Numbered from the stretch's first letter, positions 18,772 to 37,061 are shown. The stretch: 64,000 bases of DNA from the human T2T-CHM13v2.0 reference genome, Homo sapiens (GCF_009914755.1 NC_060933.1), one strand, 5' to 3'. Made by a program: numbers and translations. The notes: a model not told the origin generated them from the sequence alone.

Positions 18772-19972
18772 GTAGGGTGGGGTTGGGGGGGCTGATGGTG
18801 TTAGACAGAGTGTTGGTCCTGAGGCTTATTTCTGAGGCCTTTCAATTTTATTTAATTCAAAGCACTCAACATGTCAAAGTGCCATTTTTGAGGATATGGT
18901 TTTCAGAGCTCCAACATTAGCAAGTACTAAATTGTTGCTTCTTGGGAAAATGTAAGGGGAAGTTTCTGTGAGCCTCTGGCTGCAACATTTTCATCAAATG
19001 ATCAAGACATAATCTTGTTTTATATGTGTTTCTGTTTAAAGACACCTTATTTAACATATAAAATTTATTCATCAGCATTGAGATTATAGCCAATGGCACT
19101 GTAGGTCATATCTGAACAAAGTTTATGTCACATGTGCCTCCATAATGCACATCACGGTCTTTTTGTGCTTTGAGAGCACTTTAGCACTATGTTTGGGGGC
19201 CATTGTAAACATCAAAATCACCAAAAAAGCACAAAAATATGAAAACTGCGACACTAAACAGATTGTGAAAAGGACACTTGATTTTAGTATGAGAGTTGAA
19301 ACAAGAAGGCAGAACACGGTTTTGTTCAACATCAGCTGGGAATGTGCAAGCTGGGAGAATGAAATTTTTGGCCAGTCTGTGTATGACAAAAAAGGTGCTG
19401 TGAGTGTGAATTTTGGGGTTAGTAATAAATTTTAGCAGGTGGGTGAATTTGCAAATACAAATACATTTTAGCAAGAAGGTGGATTTGAAAATACAAAATC
19501 CACGAATAATGAGAATTGACATTCTGTGGGAGTTTTATTGAATGTGAAATGTAAAATCTATTTTCTAACTATTCACAACTACTTATGAATAATGAATTCA
19601 TTTCCAAATATGTTTCTGTAAAGAGTGTATATATGTTGGGGGGGGGTGTCCCTGGAAGTGCTGAGTGGAACCTCCATTTGGGTGTTATTGTCACCTGACA
19701 TTTCAGCCCCATTTTTGGGTTATATCACATAATCTTAAGAATTTAAAAGAATCTAATTAAAATATTTGTATGTTAATGTCCATTTGAGGATATTTCAGGA
19801 GTAAGAGTGTGTGTGCCTTTAAAATGTCATAATTCTTGGCTTGGATTATTACAGTCATCTATTACCATATTTAGAATAATAGCTATGACAAGCTTCTGCA
19901 AGTAGGTCATGTTTGTGCTAATTGCTTGTCAAAGCTGTATCCCCAATTATCACCAACATAACATGTTGATGA

Positions 19973-20824
<852 letters not shown>

Positions 20825-22287
20825 CTGGCAAGGGAGAGAGTACAGCCTTTGTAAATTTCTATCAGCATCTCAGAGGAGAGAAGGGGAGATCAGAATTTAT
20901 TGAGAACTGCAAGTTTGTTTTAAGATGGGTCTCTGAAGGAGAGGATTTGATTAGAATTGTGTGAGAATCATGATACAACAGTCTGGGCTTAGAGAAAATA
21001 GTGAGGTGAGGATTTGTGGGGAAGGATTCAAAGACTCAAGCTGTAAACTCGGTCTATGACTTCCCCTGAAGAGTTGATAAAGCATTTGGGAAGTTCCTAT
21101 AATGAAAAATCAAACCATTCTTTAGCTAGGACAGTCCTCGAAAAGTAATACTAATGGAACAATAGAATAACAAAGTCATGTTAATATCAGTGGGAAGGTG
21201 TGGCTTCGGTTCTCAGTGTCCAGGCTGAGATGGTTCTCTTGGTTCTTGATTTAATAGCTGATCTTCTGTAGAAAAATGTATAGCTGTCACTGCCCTGCTT
21301 CCTCTGTGTACTAATTTATGACTATGCTCAAAGGCACAAAAGCAATACAAGTATGATCTGGATAGAAAAAAAGAAGTATTTGGCAGCTAACTATGAAGAA
21401 AATAGAGTATTCTGATGGCTGCTTTCATTACTATCACTGTGTACATTGCTGAAAGTAGAACGTGAGCAGAAAATAATAATTTTTGAATTTAAAACATACT
21501 TTGCTGTCTACTTATGACATGCTAATAAGGTAACAAATTCTTATCAATCATGTCTGAAAAGGACACAAATAGAACACAGTGCTTGCCATTTTAGTGATTG
21601 TCAGATTTCTTGTGACAACTGAGAATGTTAATTTTACAGTAAACTTGCCATTACTCTGTATGTAGTTCATCATGATGTCTTCTGAAGACCTTTCAGTCAT
21701 GGCCTAGTGTTAAATACCAATGCAATGCTGCTTTGATCAATGCAATGCATGCAGTGCCCATAAAACTAATGTCTTGTAAAACTACTTTGTAGCCAGAAAT
21801 CTTTAAGACATTACCAGTATTCTGAGATAACACAGAATACTCTCTCATAATTTTTAAATCTTTAAATATTAATTTCAACATCAAACACAATTCATTATGG
21901 TACCACTTTTTTTAACATGATTAACTTGATAGCTAATACAAATCAATGTGAATGTAAATATATAAGAAATGACCTAGGTAAGACAATAAACATCTGATTA
22001 CTTGCTCAGCAAATATTTTCTTACCAACTTTACAAACCTCTTTTTTTTGCATTATTTTGAAACATTTACTTTTGCTAGATTCAGTGAAGCAAGTAAAGTT
22101 TGAATTTGAAAATAAACTAAACTGTGATTTGTGGAAAAGGTTTTTATTTCACTTTTGAAATAAATGACACATACTGCAATTAATTAAATTTGAGATAATT
22201 TGATTATTAGAGATAATGACTTTGAGCAAATTTATCAAAATTTATTATAATAACTCTTAAAATAATCGCATTGTTATTCATGTGCTA

Positions 22288-22636
22288 TGTTAAACCACAT
22301 AATCAAACTGAAACTTTAAGAAAGTACACAGGTCCCAGAACAGAGCAGTTTTTCCTCAAGACAGGAAATTCTGGTCTACCTGAGTCAGTGCAAAAAGGAA
22401 CTTTTCTCTGCTTTAACCCTTACAACAAATTAACCTGGATTAACCCTGATCTTAACCAATCAGCTTTTTGTCTATTGTTTTGTTTAATTGTTCTCATTTT
22501 ACAGAAGCTACTGTTCTTCCATTGTCTGTGGAAGCTCTCATCCTATTTTGTAGAATGCCGGCTGCCCTGATTCATGACTTACAAATAGAAGCCAATTACA
22601 TCCATAACTAAATTTGTTCTAATTTTGTCTTTTAAA
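22288..22636 (+). mobile_element. MER4-group ERV1 LTR (MER57/72/93-like)
   Basis: TGTTAAA start; 3' end AAGCCAATTA...AAATTTGTT...TTTTGTCTTTTAA. Confidence 0.55.
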
Positions 22637-22651
22637 AAAGTTATCGTCATA

Positions 22652-22940
22652 GGCCAGGCACAGTGGCTCACACCTAAAATCCCAGCACTTTGGAAGGTCA
22701 AGACAGGCAGATTGCTTTAACCCAGGAGTTTGAGACCAGCCTGGGCAACATGGTGAAGCACAGCTTCTATAAAAAATAACCAGATATGTTGGCATGCGCC
22801 TGTAATCCCAGCTACTCCAAAGACTGAGGTGGAAGAATCACTTGAACCCAGGAGGTCAAGGCTGCAGTGAGCCATGATCACTACAGCCTGGGCAACAGGG
22901 CAAGACTCTGTCTCAATAAAACAAACAAACAAACAAAAAA
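22652..22940 (+). mobile_element. AluJ
   Basis: J diagnostics (CCCAGGAGTTTGAG, GGTCAAGGCTGCAGTGAGCCATGATC). Confidence 0.9.
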
Positions 22941-23213
22941 CAGTTAACATCATAAATTTTGTTTTTATTAAGAAAGGGCAACTTAACACTTTCTTAGCTC
23001 TTGAGGATGTAAATTGGTTATCTAACATATATTAATGTCTCAAATATTGTATTATCTTTTAAAAATATGTTTGTGTAGAATATGGAGTGAATTAAGTTAA
23101 AATCCAGATAAATATTTTCATTATCTTGCAAAGTTTCCAAAATGCTATGTGTTTTTGCATATAATTATTTACAACTTATTTTTAACACATTACTTCAGCC
23201 TATTAGGGATCCA

Positions 23214-23646
23214 ATGACATAGCCTGGATGTTTGTCTCCTAAACCTCATGTTGAAATTTGAACCCCTGTGTTGGAGGTGGGGCCTAATGGGAGGTGTTAG
23301 GGTCTTGGGAGCAGATCCCTCATGAAAAGATTGTTGCCCTCCCCGGGGAGAGGGGATGAATGAGCTCTTTGTTAGTTCCCAAGAAAGCTAGTTGTTACAA
23401 AGAGCCTAGCACCCCCTCCCCCCTCTTTCCTCTTTTCTCACTATGTGATCTCACTACATGCTGGCTTCCCTTTGCCTTCCGCCATGTGTGGAAGCAACCT
23501 CAGAAATTCACCAGAAGCTGAGCAGATGCTGGTGCCATTCTTCCTGTATGGGCTGCAGAATCATGAGCCAAATAAACCTCTTTTTTAAATACATTTTTTA
23601 GTCTCAGGAGTTTTTTTTAATAGCAACACAAATGGGTTAAGATATT
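23214..23646 (+). mobile_element. MSTB-like LTR
   Basis: AAACCTCATGTTGAAATTTG...GGAGGTGGGGCCTAATGGGAGG...AATAAACCTC. Confidence 0.85.
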
Positions 23647-24689
23647 CAATGCAATGGTTCATGCCAAAAAATACTTTGCTATCCCATGTCACGTTATAGA
23701 CTTCAGGAGAAAGGACGTTTAGAAGGCATAAAGACATTTACAAAGCACAGTAGTCCCTGTTTTTATTAAAACACATCATTGCTCTATGTAAGTATTTGCT
23801 CTGGTTCTGTAAGTGACTCTCCCAGCACACCTCTGGCCTTCAGGTTTATTCTATTTTCTCAGCACAGCACAGTTTTGCTAATTTGTAAAACTCCAATTTC
23901 TCATGAACATAATCAGATTTCTGGTTTCTCATAAAAAGAAATCATAGAAGACCTGGTCACACTGGGAGGCATCCCTTATAGGGTAGGACTATGCCCTTTC
24001 AATGAGCCAGGCTCTGTCCTGAGAGACAGCATTCCCTCCCAGCTCCATTTACTCCTTACCTCTCCTTGAAGGTTTTTACCTGCTATGATCTTTAGCAACT
24101 CTGCTGCCTTTGCTTGCAAGAGAAGATTAGGCATATAATTAACATTTCAGTAGCAGATCAGGCAGAGTCAGAATGAGGGCTTTTGAAACACATCGCAGCA
24201 TTCATTTACAAGTGATTAGTGGTGGCCACAGGACTGGCTGTCACTGATTTGCCTTGCTTTAGGGAAGCCATTTTTATCTTCCCTCTACTTCTGGCTGTTG
24301 GAATGTTTCCATCTTCCAGCATATGGCACACTTAGTTCCTGAGGTTTTTGCTCCCAGGAAAAGAGAAAGTCCCCAAACTTAATTTTATCCTGGGAAGAGT
24401 GCATCTAAACCTTTAATTCAGAGCAGATGATCACTAATCCTAGCATAGTCAGACCTAAGCAGGCAATATTTAGGGACAGACAAACTTTGAAATAATAGCA
24501 ACTGGCTATTGTATCTCTACTAAGAACTCTGCCTCAAGCGTAGACATGGTTTTCTCCTATAAATCTCACCCTTAGGAACTGACAATTTGTCTTAGGTCAG
24601 GATGATATTAGTTTAGCACTCACAATAAGTTTTTCTGGAAATTTAGAATGGTAACAGAAGTTTATATTCTTAGGAATAAATATAAACTA

Positions 24690-25003
<314 letters not shown>

Positions 25004-25295
25004 AGGACAGAAAGAAAGAGAGCAATTTCTCCCTCCAAGCTTCCATACTCTCTTCATCTGCAGTGCATATGGACATGTGAACACTTTCCTTCACTACTGG
25101 ACTTAACAGACTGACACATGAGGGGGCAGGCAACACCCTCCCTGCAAGGCAACACAAGAAATGGTTCAAGGTGAGGCAGAGGACAGGTGATGTTCCTGAC
25201 CTGGCTCTGAACTTTGCTGGCTGAGTGACCATGGATGAATGGCTGATCCACCATAATTCTCATCTTTAAAATGAGATTTTAGAATGGGTTGTGTT

Positions 25296-26368
25296 GTAGA
25301 TTAGTACAGCCATTATGAAAAACATTATGGAGGTTCCTCAAAACCTTAAAACTAGAACGAGCATATGACCCAGCAATCTCACTTATGGCATATATGGAAA
25401 GAAAATGAAATCAGTATGTCAAAGAGATGTCTTCACTTCTACATTTACTGCAGTGTTACTCACAATAGCCAAGATACGCAATCAACCTAAGTGTTCATCA
25501 ATGAATACATGGATTTTTAAGATGTGGTATATATATGAATACTATTGAACCAAAAAACAGAATGAAATCCTGTTATTTTCAACAACATGGATGAACCCAG
25601 AGGACATTAGGTTAAGTGAAATAAGTTAGGCACAGAAAGAGAAATATTGCATGATCTCACGCACATGTAGAATCTAAAAAGTTGGGCTGGGTGTGGTGGC
25701 TCATGCCTGTAATCCTAGCGCTTTGGGAGGCCGAGGAGGGTGGATCACCTGAGGTCCGGAATTTGAGACCAGCCTGGCCAACATGGCAAAACCCCATCTC
25801 TACTAAAAATGCGAAAGTTAGCCGGTCATGGTGGCACACGCCTGTAATCCCAGCTACTTGGGAGGCTGAGGAAGGACAATCATTTGAACCCAGGGAGGTG
25901 GAGGTTGCAGTGAGCCGAGATCGCACCACTGCACTCCAGCCTGTGTGACAGGAGCTAGACTTCATCTCAAAAAAAAAAAAAAAAAGTTTATGTCATAGAA
26001 GTAGAAAGTAAAATGGTTGTTACCAGAGACTGGGATGTTGGGGGCAATGGGAAGATACTGGCCAAAAGATATATAATTACACTTAGATAGTTAAATGTCC
26101 AGGAAATAATAAATGTATAAAGACAGAAAGAAGATAAGCAATCACTTGGGGCCGAGGGATGGTGAGGAGAGGATAGATGGAGGGAGGAGAGAAATGAGGA
26201 AAGACTACTAATGGTCATGGAGTTTCTTTTTTGGGTGATGAAAATGCCCTAAAATTAATCGTGGTGATGGCTGTGCAACCCCTGAACATACTAAAAACCA
26301 CTGAAGTGTATACTTTAAATGGGTGAATTGTATGATATATGAATTATCCCAATAAAGCTGTTTAAAAA
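25296..26368 (+). mobile_element. L1MA/L1MB 3' ends (two adjacent fragments, inside a MIR)
   Basis: CAATAGCCAAGATA.GCAATCAACCTAAGTG, CAACATGGATGAACC.AGAGGACATTA, GGTGATGAAAATG...CAATAAAGCTGTT. Confidence 0.85.
25685..25985 (+). mobile_element. AluSx-like inside L1
   Basis: Full dimer; TSD AAAAAGTT. Confidence 0.93.
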
Positions 26369-26840
26369 AAATGGTTGTGATGAGGAGTGATGCCTATGAA
26401 ACCTTTAACATAGTGCCATATACAGTAACAACTCAGTAATATTTAGTTATTTGTATTATTATGCCATCTCCAAGACACCTCACCACTAGTCTCTAGAGTA
26501 TCACAAGTAAAACTATGTGGAATCTTCCACTCACTCCAGTTTCCACTCTGGCAATCGTGTGGTCTATAAAATATACTGTCCTCTTTCAGACCTGGAAGTG
26601 GAAGGAGGCTGCACACATTTGAAAGAAAATTGTCCAATTAAATTCATTATCTTTATGACATAGAGATATGGAAAATGGATATAAATGCAGGAGCTTTGTT
26701 TTTAAAAGTTGAATAATAAATTCTGCTGAAATACAATGTCATTCACTATGTAGGCAAATAACATCTACAAAAATTTAGGTAGAGGGATGTATACATCTAT
26801 TAGGATATTCTAGAATGACTTTTTAAAGGTTATGCTGTAA

Positions 26841-27185
<345 letters not shown>

Positions 27186-28538
27186 TCCTCCATAGCCCTT
27201 CCAACAGAAGCACCAAATGACAACTCTAGAAGAAACATTTACAACTCTTTCCATTTTTCATCATACCTTTAAATTATAGGATGTCATTTGATGGTTTATT
27301 TCAGTGGTCTGTTGTTCTACTTGGTGGTCTATTTCATTATAAAATATATCTTTTATGACAGTAAACCACTGGGCTACAGAGTCATGATAATTTCTAAATT
27401 TTGCTGCTGACCTCTAGACTCACAGTCTGTAAATAGTCTGACTTTATATCACTCCTATAAATGTTGTCAGGTTAGGGTCAAGTAAATAATTAGAAAATAA
27501 TTCAGTATTTTTTTAATCAAGCATTATGATTTTTATCTTTTTGCAAGTTTAGAGTAACTTTTTCTCGGACAAATGCTTCTCTTGACCCTGACACTCTCTG
27601 AAGATTTGTTTTGTGTGCCAAATTGTATTACTGTTCCCAATTACTTGCTGTCCTCCAAGTAAGAGGATTATACATCCCTGACACAATGGAGTTGGGATTG
27701 GTCATGTGACTTGCTGTAGCCCATAGAACGTGAAGAGAAATGCTGAGAGCCACTGCTGTGAAGAAGCTCACATTCTGCCCATAATGGCCAGAGAGCACAT
27801 CAGCCATAAATTAGGTTGTTCAGTTCATAGCCTGCCTCCCTCCAAGCAAACATTATGGTGATAGGCAGAATAATGCTAGGAATCTTAAAGGTTTGGTCAT
27901 TTTCTTTTCTCATTTTCAGAGCTTTGTGCACTTTTGACCCATATTGTTTTTAAAACTTTGCCACTTAGGATAGATTTACAGCAACCCATAGGAAACAAAA
28001 TTTAAAAACAATACATAAGGCAATTATCTAAGAGCTATAATTTTTAAATTAAAAGATTTTAAAACACTAAAAGGAATGGGAGGAAAGTTCTCTACTAATT
28101 TATTAAATGATGCAAAAGAAAATAGACTGGAGAAAAATGACTAATAACAAATACAGCATCCTCTTTCATATTTTAATATTCTACGTATTAGATTTAATGA
28201 TGACCAGGTATTTGAGAGTATATTTATTGTCATAAGTTAGGCATAAATGTATATATAGACACATTGATACATTAAGTGCCTTTGTGTGATTGTATACCAT
28301 ATCTACATTTAGTTTTTGTGAACTATATGTAGTTCACATATATATCACATGTCATGCACATATATGTCATACATGTGACATATAGCATACACATACATTT
28401 AGGAAAAAAAGTTCTATGAATGAAAATATATGTGTCCATCTCCTAGCTTAATAAATTAAACATTACCAATATTTATTAGTCCTCAAGGTAAATGCTATCC
28501 TAAATTTTGTTTATCATTCCTTTACTTTTTGTTTGTGA

Positions 28539-28876
<338 letters not shown>

Positions 28877-29449
28877 TGTTTTTCCTCTTTTTAAAGACTT
28901 CGTAGACTTGGAACATACATATTAACTCTGTGATTTTTTAAAAGCTATTATTGTTCAACTTGAGTTTTTGAGATTCAGGCATGCTGATACATGTAATTAA
29001 TGTCCTTAATTTTCACTGCTATATGATATTCCACTGAATGCATCTGCCACATTTTATTCATCCATTTTTTGGTTTTTAGGCATCTTAGTTGTTTATTTTT
29101 CCTTTTCTGGCTTTCATAAAAAATGTTTCTATGAATATTTTAGTTTATAACATCTTTTCCCAGTGACTTTTGGATTTTCCTATTCACAACCTATTTAACT
29201 GAGTTTACTGGTTTGAATAGAGAACTTTGGGAGGCAACCAATGTGACTTATTTTAGCAGACGGGATGGTGGTTGAGGTGAACTGATATGCACATGAGGTC
29301 AGGCCAGTTGTGCACATGGGCATAGCCTTTTATCAGTGATACTTCTGAACAGCCCAGCACATTATTGCTGGGAAGTCCTTTAGAGACCATGGGTCCGATT
29401 TCCTCTTCTTGAATTGCTGTGCCAATTCATTTTCAAAAATTACTGTCAT

Positions 29450-29774
<325 letters not shown>

Positions 29775-30243
29775 TCATGTTAATGTAGTTTCCTATGAGA
29801 AACAAGTGAATTAAAGAGTTAAAAATTAATCGTGTTACAGATGAGCTTGTTTAATTGCTGCATTCCTTCTTTTTCTGTAGTGACTTTATATGAGCACTGA
29901 GAGGCAGAAATGGTGATGAGGGTTGAGAATTTGCGGTTGTTTTCTTCCCAACTAACTTGTAAATTTAGAATGACCTAAATTTAACGACAACAGCTGCAAA
30001 CTCTAATCTGAGTACTATATTATAATATTAACCACTGAATGAAACTAGACATATTATGTCAACGTAAGAGCAACATTTTCAGGGAAGGGTGAGGAATTTG
30101 GACTATTTTAGAAACTAAAGGAATACAGCAGGCAAAAGCAAACACCAATCTGCTGACGTCAGATAAAGACAAACTTTATTTCTGAAAAAAGAAACTTGGG
30201 GGAGAAAAGCTTAGGGCAAACCACCAGCTGATATAGTTTAGAT

Positions 30244-30609
<366 letters not shown>

Positions 30610-30755
30610 TTAAGATGTGATTCCCATGTTGGAGGTAGGCCCTGGTGGGAGGTGTTTGGGTCATGGGGGTGGAGACCTCATGAATGGTTTGATGCCTTCC
30701 TCATAGTAACGAATAAGTCCTCCCTGCATTAGTTCATGCAAAAGCTGGTTGTTTA

Positions 30756-31089
<334 letters not shown>

Positions 31090-31336
31090 GTCTGGCATCT
31101 CTCTTGTTCCCTCTCTTACCATGTCATACACCAGCTCCCACTTTGCCTTCTGCAATGATTGTAAGCTTCCTGTGGCCTCAGCAAAAGCTGATACTGTCAT
31201 TACACTTTTTGTACAGCCTGCAGAACTGTGAACCAAATAAACCTCTTTTCTTTATAAATTATCCAGCCTCACATATTTCTTTATAGCAACACAAAATCGA
31301 CTAACACACCAGCAGACATGGTGTTCTTGTTCTCAA

Positions 31337-31607
<271 letters not shown>

Positions 31608-31789
31608 TTACAGATATGACCTGTTTGTGCAGGGACCTCACAGTCCCCGTGTCTATTTACAGAATCTCCAGCTTTGAACTCACTAAGATAGGGCAACCTC
31701 AGTTTCAGGTAGCTGGAGTGGAAACCCCCATAACACAGTTCTGACTTCATTGTTCTTTATATCTAATCCCAGGTATACCTTGTATAGAA

Positions 31790-32005
31790 TCTGTTACAAG
31801 GTGAGGTAAGTGAGGTACTCCCCTTAGGAACACAATTAAATGGGTAAGCACAAAACTTAGCAATCAAAATAAATAATGTTTTAATACATTATTTAAAAAT
31901 ATTAAAATTAATGCAAAAAAGTCACCATGAGCAAATATTAAAATTTAGCAGGATCTGAGCCTGCACTTTTGCAACTCACCTTGTTCATCTCACCTTAATT
32001 CCTGT
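31790..32005. mobile_element. MER96-like hAT MITE
   Basis: Imperfect inverted ends GGTGAGGTAAGTGAGG / CACCTTGTTCATCTCACC. Confidence 0.5.
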
Positions 32006-32497
32006 TAATTTCCTTCTCAATTAGTTTCCAGCAGGACAAAAATTCGTTGGACTTGGTATGAAGATTCAATCCATACCTTGCAGAAATATTTGGTTTAAGA
32101 AGGATATTTCATCTAGGCCGAGGTCATTTATTAAGTTTAATTCTCCCATCATGTCTTCAAGGCAACAAATATAGTCTAAGACCCTCTATGACCAGTTTTA
32201 TTTGCCACTTTCCAATTATTTTGTCACTACACAGCCAATCACAATCTGTTGTAAGATTTTACTACAAATGATGACTTAATCTTGCTATTATGATTAGGAT
32301 GATTATATAGTGTTCTTCATTTAAATTGGGACATTCTTTATTTGAAAGGAGTGCTATAGAAATCATGCCAGGACTAATGGGACTGACTTGGACAAAGCAG
32401 TATTGCTTTCTGTATGTGCTATTATATTTTAACCACGTTCTTGTCTCATGGATGGCTTTATTAGCATAAGAGTGGCCACTTTTAAAAAGCAGCATTT

Positions 32498-32611
32498 CTG
32501 GGAGGCTGAGGGAGGAGAATGGTGTGAACCCGGGAGGCAGAGCTTGCAGTGAGCCGAGATCGCACCACTGCACTCCGGCCTGGGCGACAGAGAGAGACTC
32601 TGTCTCAAAAA

Positions 32612-32647
<36 letters not shown>

Positions 32648-32660
32648 AAAAATAAAAATA
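32498..32660 (+). mobile_element. 5'-truncated AluY (right arm) with (TAAA)n tail
   Basis: TSD AAAGCAGCATTTC. Confidence 0.92.
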
Positions 32661-32716
32661 AGAAAGCAGCATTTCCTACATATTGCATTCAATTTTTTAC
32701 TTACCTATCCCTTTGA

Positions 32717-33130
<414 letters not shown>

Positions 33131-34980
33131 TTACACCATTCCTTGAAATTTGCGTTTATGGCATCTTTGACTTACTCAATAACACATCTTGTACCATCGT
33201 GCTAGAAATGCTAACTTGTGTTCAGAATTTCTGCATCCTTCTTAAGTGAAACTTTGCCAATTAAGTAAACCTATGATAATACGGTAATGAAATCTTATCC
33301 CAGTATCTCATTTCTAGTGCCATAATAGTGACAATTTATCTTGTCATCTTCAGAGGGGCTTAACCTCACTGATTCTGTCAGTAGTAATGGATATATTTAA
33401 TTAATTCAGCAGGAAGTTCTGTCTTTAAGCTCATTCTCTTTCCCCTATGCGGAGAGTGAGGACAAGCTTCTGCAAAAGAGCCGATTAGCAGAACTTTTGA
33501 TATTCTGAAGACAGTTACTGTCCCTCTCTTGCCCTTTCTCTTGCTCTGTGTGTGTGTGTATGTGTGACACACACACATTTAATATGTTTATATAAATATT
33601 AACATATATCTTTAATATTTTCCAGTCCTTATCTCAATGCTCTTGATTGATAATGAGGGGCAGTGAAAGTCATTACAGAGATATACAAAGTTTACCTTAA
33701 CTGTATCTAGATGTAGAGTTTTTTAAATCATTTGAACTCTGAGTTTCAACATTTTTTTAAAGCAATAAATGAAAGCCTTCAGAGTGCAAAAATTTTTAAT
33801 ATGATATTAATTTGAAAACCTCAAAGTCTCTGCAGTGATTTTAAATATGATGCAGCCTTCTACTCTAAAATATGAAATCTAGATTATTAAAGTATTACTA
33901 GAATATGGCTTTAGTTGTTAATTTAAAAATCTAAATAAAATACAACAGTTTTTATGACAGTTCTGAGGGGAAAAAAACACTGTGGATTGTGTAGGAGTTA
34001 AAGGCTGAATCTTCATTTCCTGCTCTCTGAAACTGTACCAGTGATTGACAACCACAAAATAGAGAAAGATTAATGCAGAATATGTCAGTGTAGCAGATAA
34101 ATTCCACACTTCATAAAACATTTTTTCACAGAGATTAAAAAAATAGAACATTATCAAGAGAACACAACCCCTGGGTAATAAATGTTAATATTTACATCAA
34201 TAATATACTATAAATATTAATATTTAAATGACACTGGAGATAACCTAAGGAAAAACTATCAGTTTGACTGGGCCACAGGGTGGCTCAGATATTTGGTCAA
34301 ACATTATTCTGTGTGTCTGTGAGGGTGTTTTCTGAATGAGATTAACATTTGAATCTCTAGCTGAGTGAAGCCCACTGCACTCCCCAATATGGATGGTCCT
34401 TATCCTCTTGGTGGGAGGCCTGAATAGAACAAAACAGCTGACCCTCCCGTGAGTACTGGGGAGCTCCTTTTGCCTGACTGTGTGAACTGGGACATTGGTC
34501 TTTTCCTACATTCGTAAATGAACGAAAACATTGGCTCTTCTTGAGCCTCAAGGCTGCAAGCTTTTGGACTATACCTTACCTCTGCTGGGTCTCCAACTTG
34601 CTGACTTCAAATTTCCATACTAATCAGCTTCTGTCATTACTTGAGCCAATTCTCAATTCTTTAGACAGTCCCCAACTTACAATGGTTCAAAATGATTTTG
34701 CAGCTAATGATGGTGTGGGCTGTTTTGTTTTTATTTAATAAATTGACAATTATTTTAGCTAAAATAATAAAGATTGCATTTTGTTTTTTACTTTCAACAT
34801 AGTATTTAATAAGTTACATTAAATATTCAACACTTCATTATAAAATAGGCTTTGTGTTACATGATTTGGCCCAAACATAGGCTAAATGTATGCTAATGTA
34901 AGTGTTCTGAGCACATTTAAGGTAGGCTAAGCTAAGCTATGAGGTCCAGTAGGTTAGGTGTATTAAATGCATTTTCAACT

Positions 34981-35838
34981 TGTCAGAGACAAGTGAACCA
35001 GAGCAACTCCATCTTAAATAGGAGCTGGGTAAAATGAGGCTGAAATCTCCTGGGCTGCATTCCCAGATGGTTAAGGCATTCTAAGTCATAGAATGAGATA
35101 GGAGGTCAGCACAAAATACAGATCATAAAGACCTTGCTGATAAAACAGGTTGCAGTAAAGCAACCAGCCAAAACCCACACAAACCAAAATTGCGATGAGA
35201 GTGACTCTGGTCGTCCTCACTGCTACTCTCCCACCAGCACCATGACAGTTTACAGATGCCATGGCAACGTCAGAAAGTTACCCTATATGGTCTAAAAGGG
35301 GAGGGATGAATAATCCACCCGTTGTTTGGCAAATCTCAAGAAATAACCATAAAAATGGGCAACCGGCCGGGTGTGGTGGCTCACGCCTGTAATCCCAGCA
35401 CTTTCGGAGGCCGAGGCGGGTGGATCACAAGGTCGGGAGTTTGAGACCAGCCTGACCAATAAGGTGAAACCCTGTCTCTACTAAAAATACAAAAATTAGC
35501 CAGGCCTGGTGGTGCACGCCTGAGATCCCAGCTGCTCAGGAGGCTGAGGCAGGAGAATCACTTGAGCCCTGGAAGGGGAGGTTGCAGTGAGCCTAGATAG
35601 TGCCACTGCACTTCAGGCTGGGCAACAGAGCAAGACTCCATCTCAAAAAAAAAAAAAGAAAAAGCGCAATCAGCAGCCCTTGGGGCTGCTCTTTCTATGG
35701 AATAACCATTCTTTTATTCCTTTACTTTCTTAATAAACTTACTTTCATTTTGCACTGTGAACTCGCCCTGAATTCTTTCTTGCACAAGATCCAAGAACCC
35801 TCTCTTGGGGTCTGGATCTGGACCTCTTTCCTGTAACA
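34981..35838 (+). mobile_element. MER41A-type solo LTR
   Basis: TGTCAGAG..GAACCAGAGCAACTCCATCTT...CCTGTAACA; 4-bp TSD AACT. Confidence 0.9.
35365..35662 (+). mobile_element. AluSg-like inside MER41
   Basis: Full dimer. Confidence 0.93.
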
Positions 35839-35888
35839 AACTTATGATGGGTTTATTGTGACATAACCCCATTGTAAGTTGAGGAACA

Positions 35889-35890
<2 letters not shown>

Positions 35891-35922
<32 letters not shown>

Positions 35923-35960
35923 TATGTGTAGACAGAGATAGAAAGAGATAGAGAGAGACA
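35891..35960. repeat. (TG)n followed by GA-rich microsatellite
   Basis: Directly visible. Confidence 0.9.
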
Positions 35961-36322
35961 GTACTCTAGAGAAACCTTACTAATAATATATGTAGAACAA
36001 ACAAACAAAACAAAACCATTTCTATATTATGTCACACCTAACTTGTTGCTTTCCACTCTGGTATTATTGTTGAATAAATGAACAAATGCCACACAGTTAC
36101 AAAATGATACTTTTTCCATTTTTATAGCCAATTCAAACAGAAAAGCAATCTTATGGATACTATGGTCCACATCATAAAAGCATATTTTATTTTTGTATTT
36201 TATAGAGTAGATACTGTCAATAAACATTAATCTAAAAATTAATTTTTAGATTAATGGCGGCCATACTAGTTATAGTTTATGAATCATGTTTGGTCAACTA
36301 GTAGCAGGATATAATTTCTACT

Positions 36323-36600
<278 letters not shown>

Positions 36601-36684
36601 AAATCATTTATATGGACTTAGTTCCTTTAACGTGAAATAATGCCCCATATGTGCACATTCCATTGATTTGTAGGAAAAAATTGA

Positions 36685-37061
<377 letters not shown>

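Larger units (their letters stand above)
34662..35892. mobile_element. MER47/Tigger5-like DNA transposon
   Basis: Termini ..CCCCAACTTACAATGG and CCATTGTAAGTTGAGGAACATCTG. Confidence 0.8.
34255..35986 (+). mobile_element. MLT2 LTR split by nested elements
   Basis: TTTGACTGGGCCACAGGG...TTTGGTCAAACATTATTCTG; 3' end CTCTAGAGAAACCTTACTAATA. Confidence 0.8.

Noticed and set aside
34981-35838. MER41 as an interferon-gamma/STAT1 enhancer
   Set aside because: The tandem TTCNNNGAA (GAS) segment of MER41B is absent here (AAAAGGGGAGGGATGAATAATCC), i.e. the MER41A-type form
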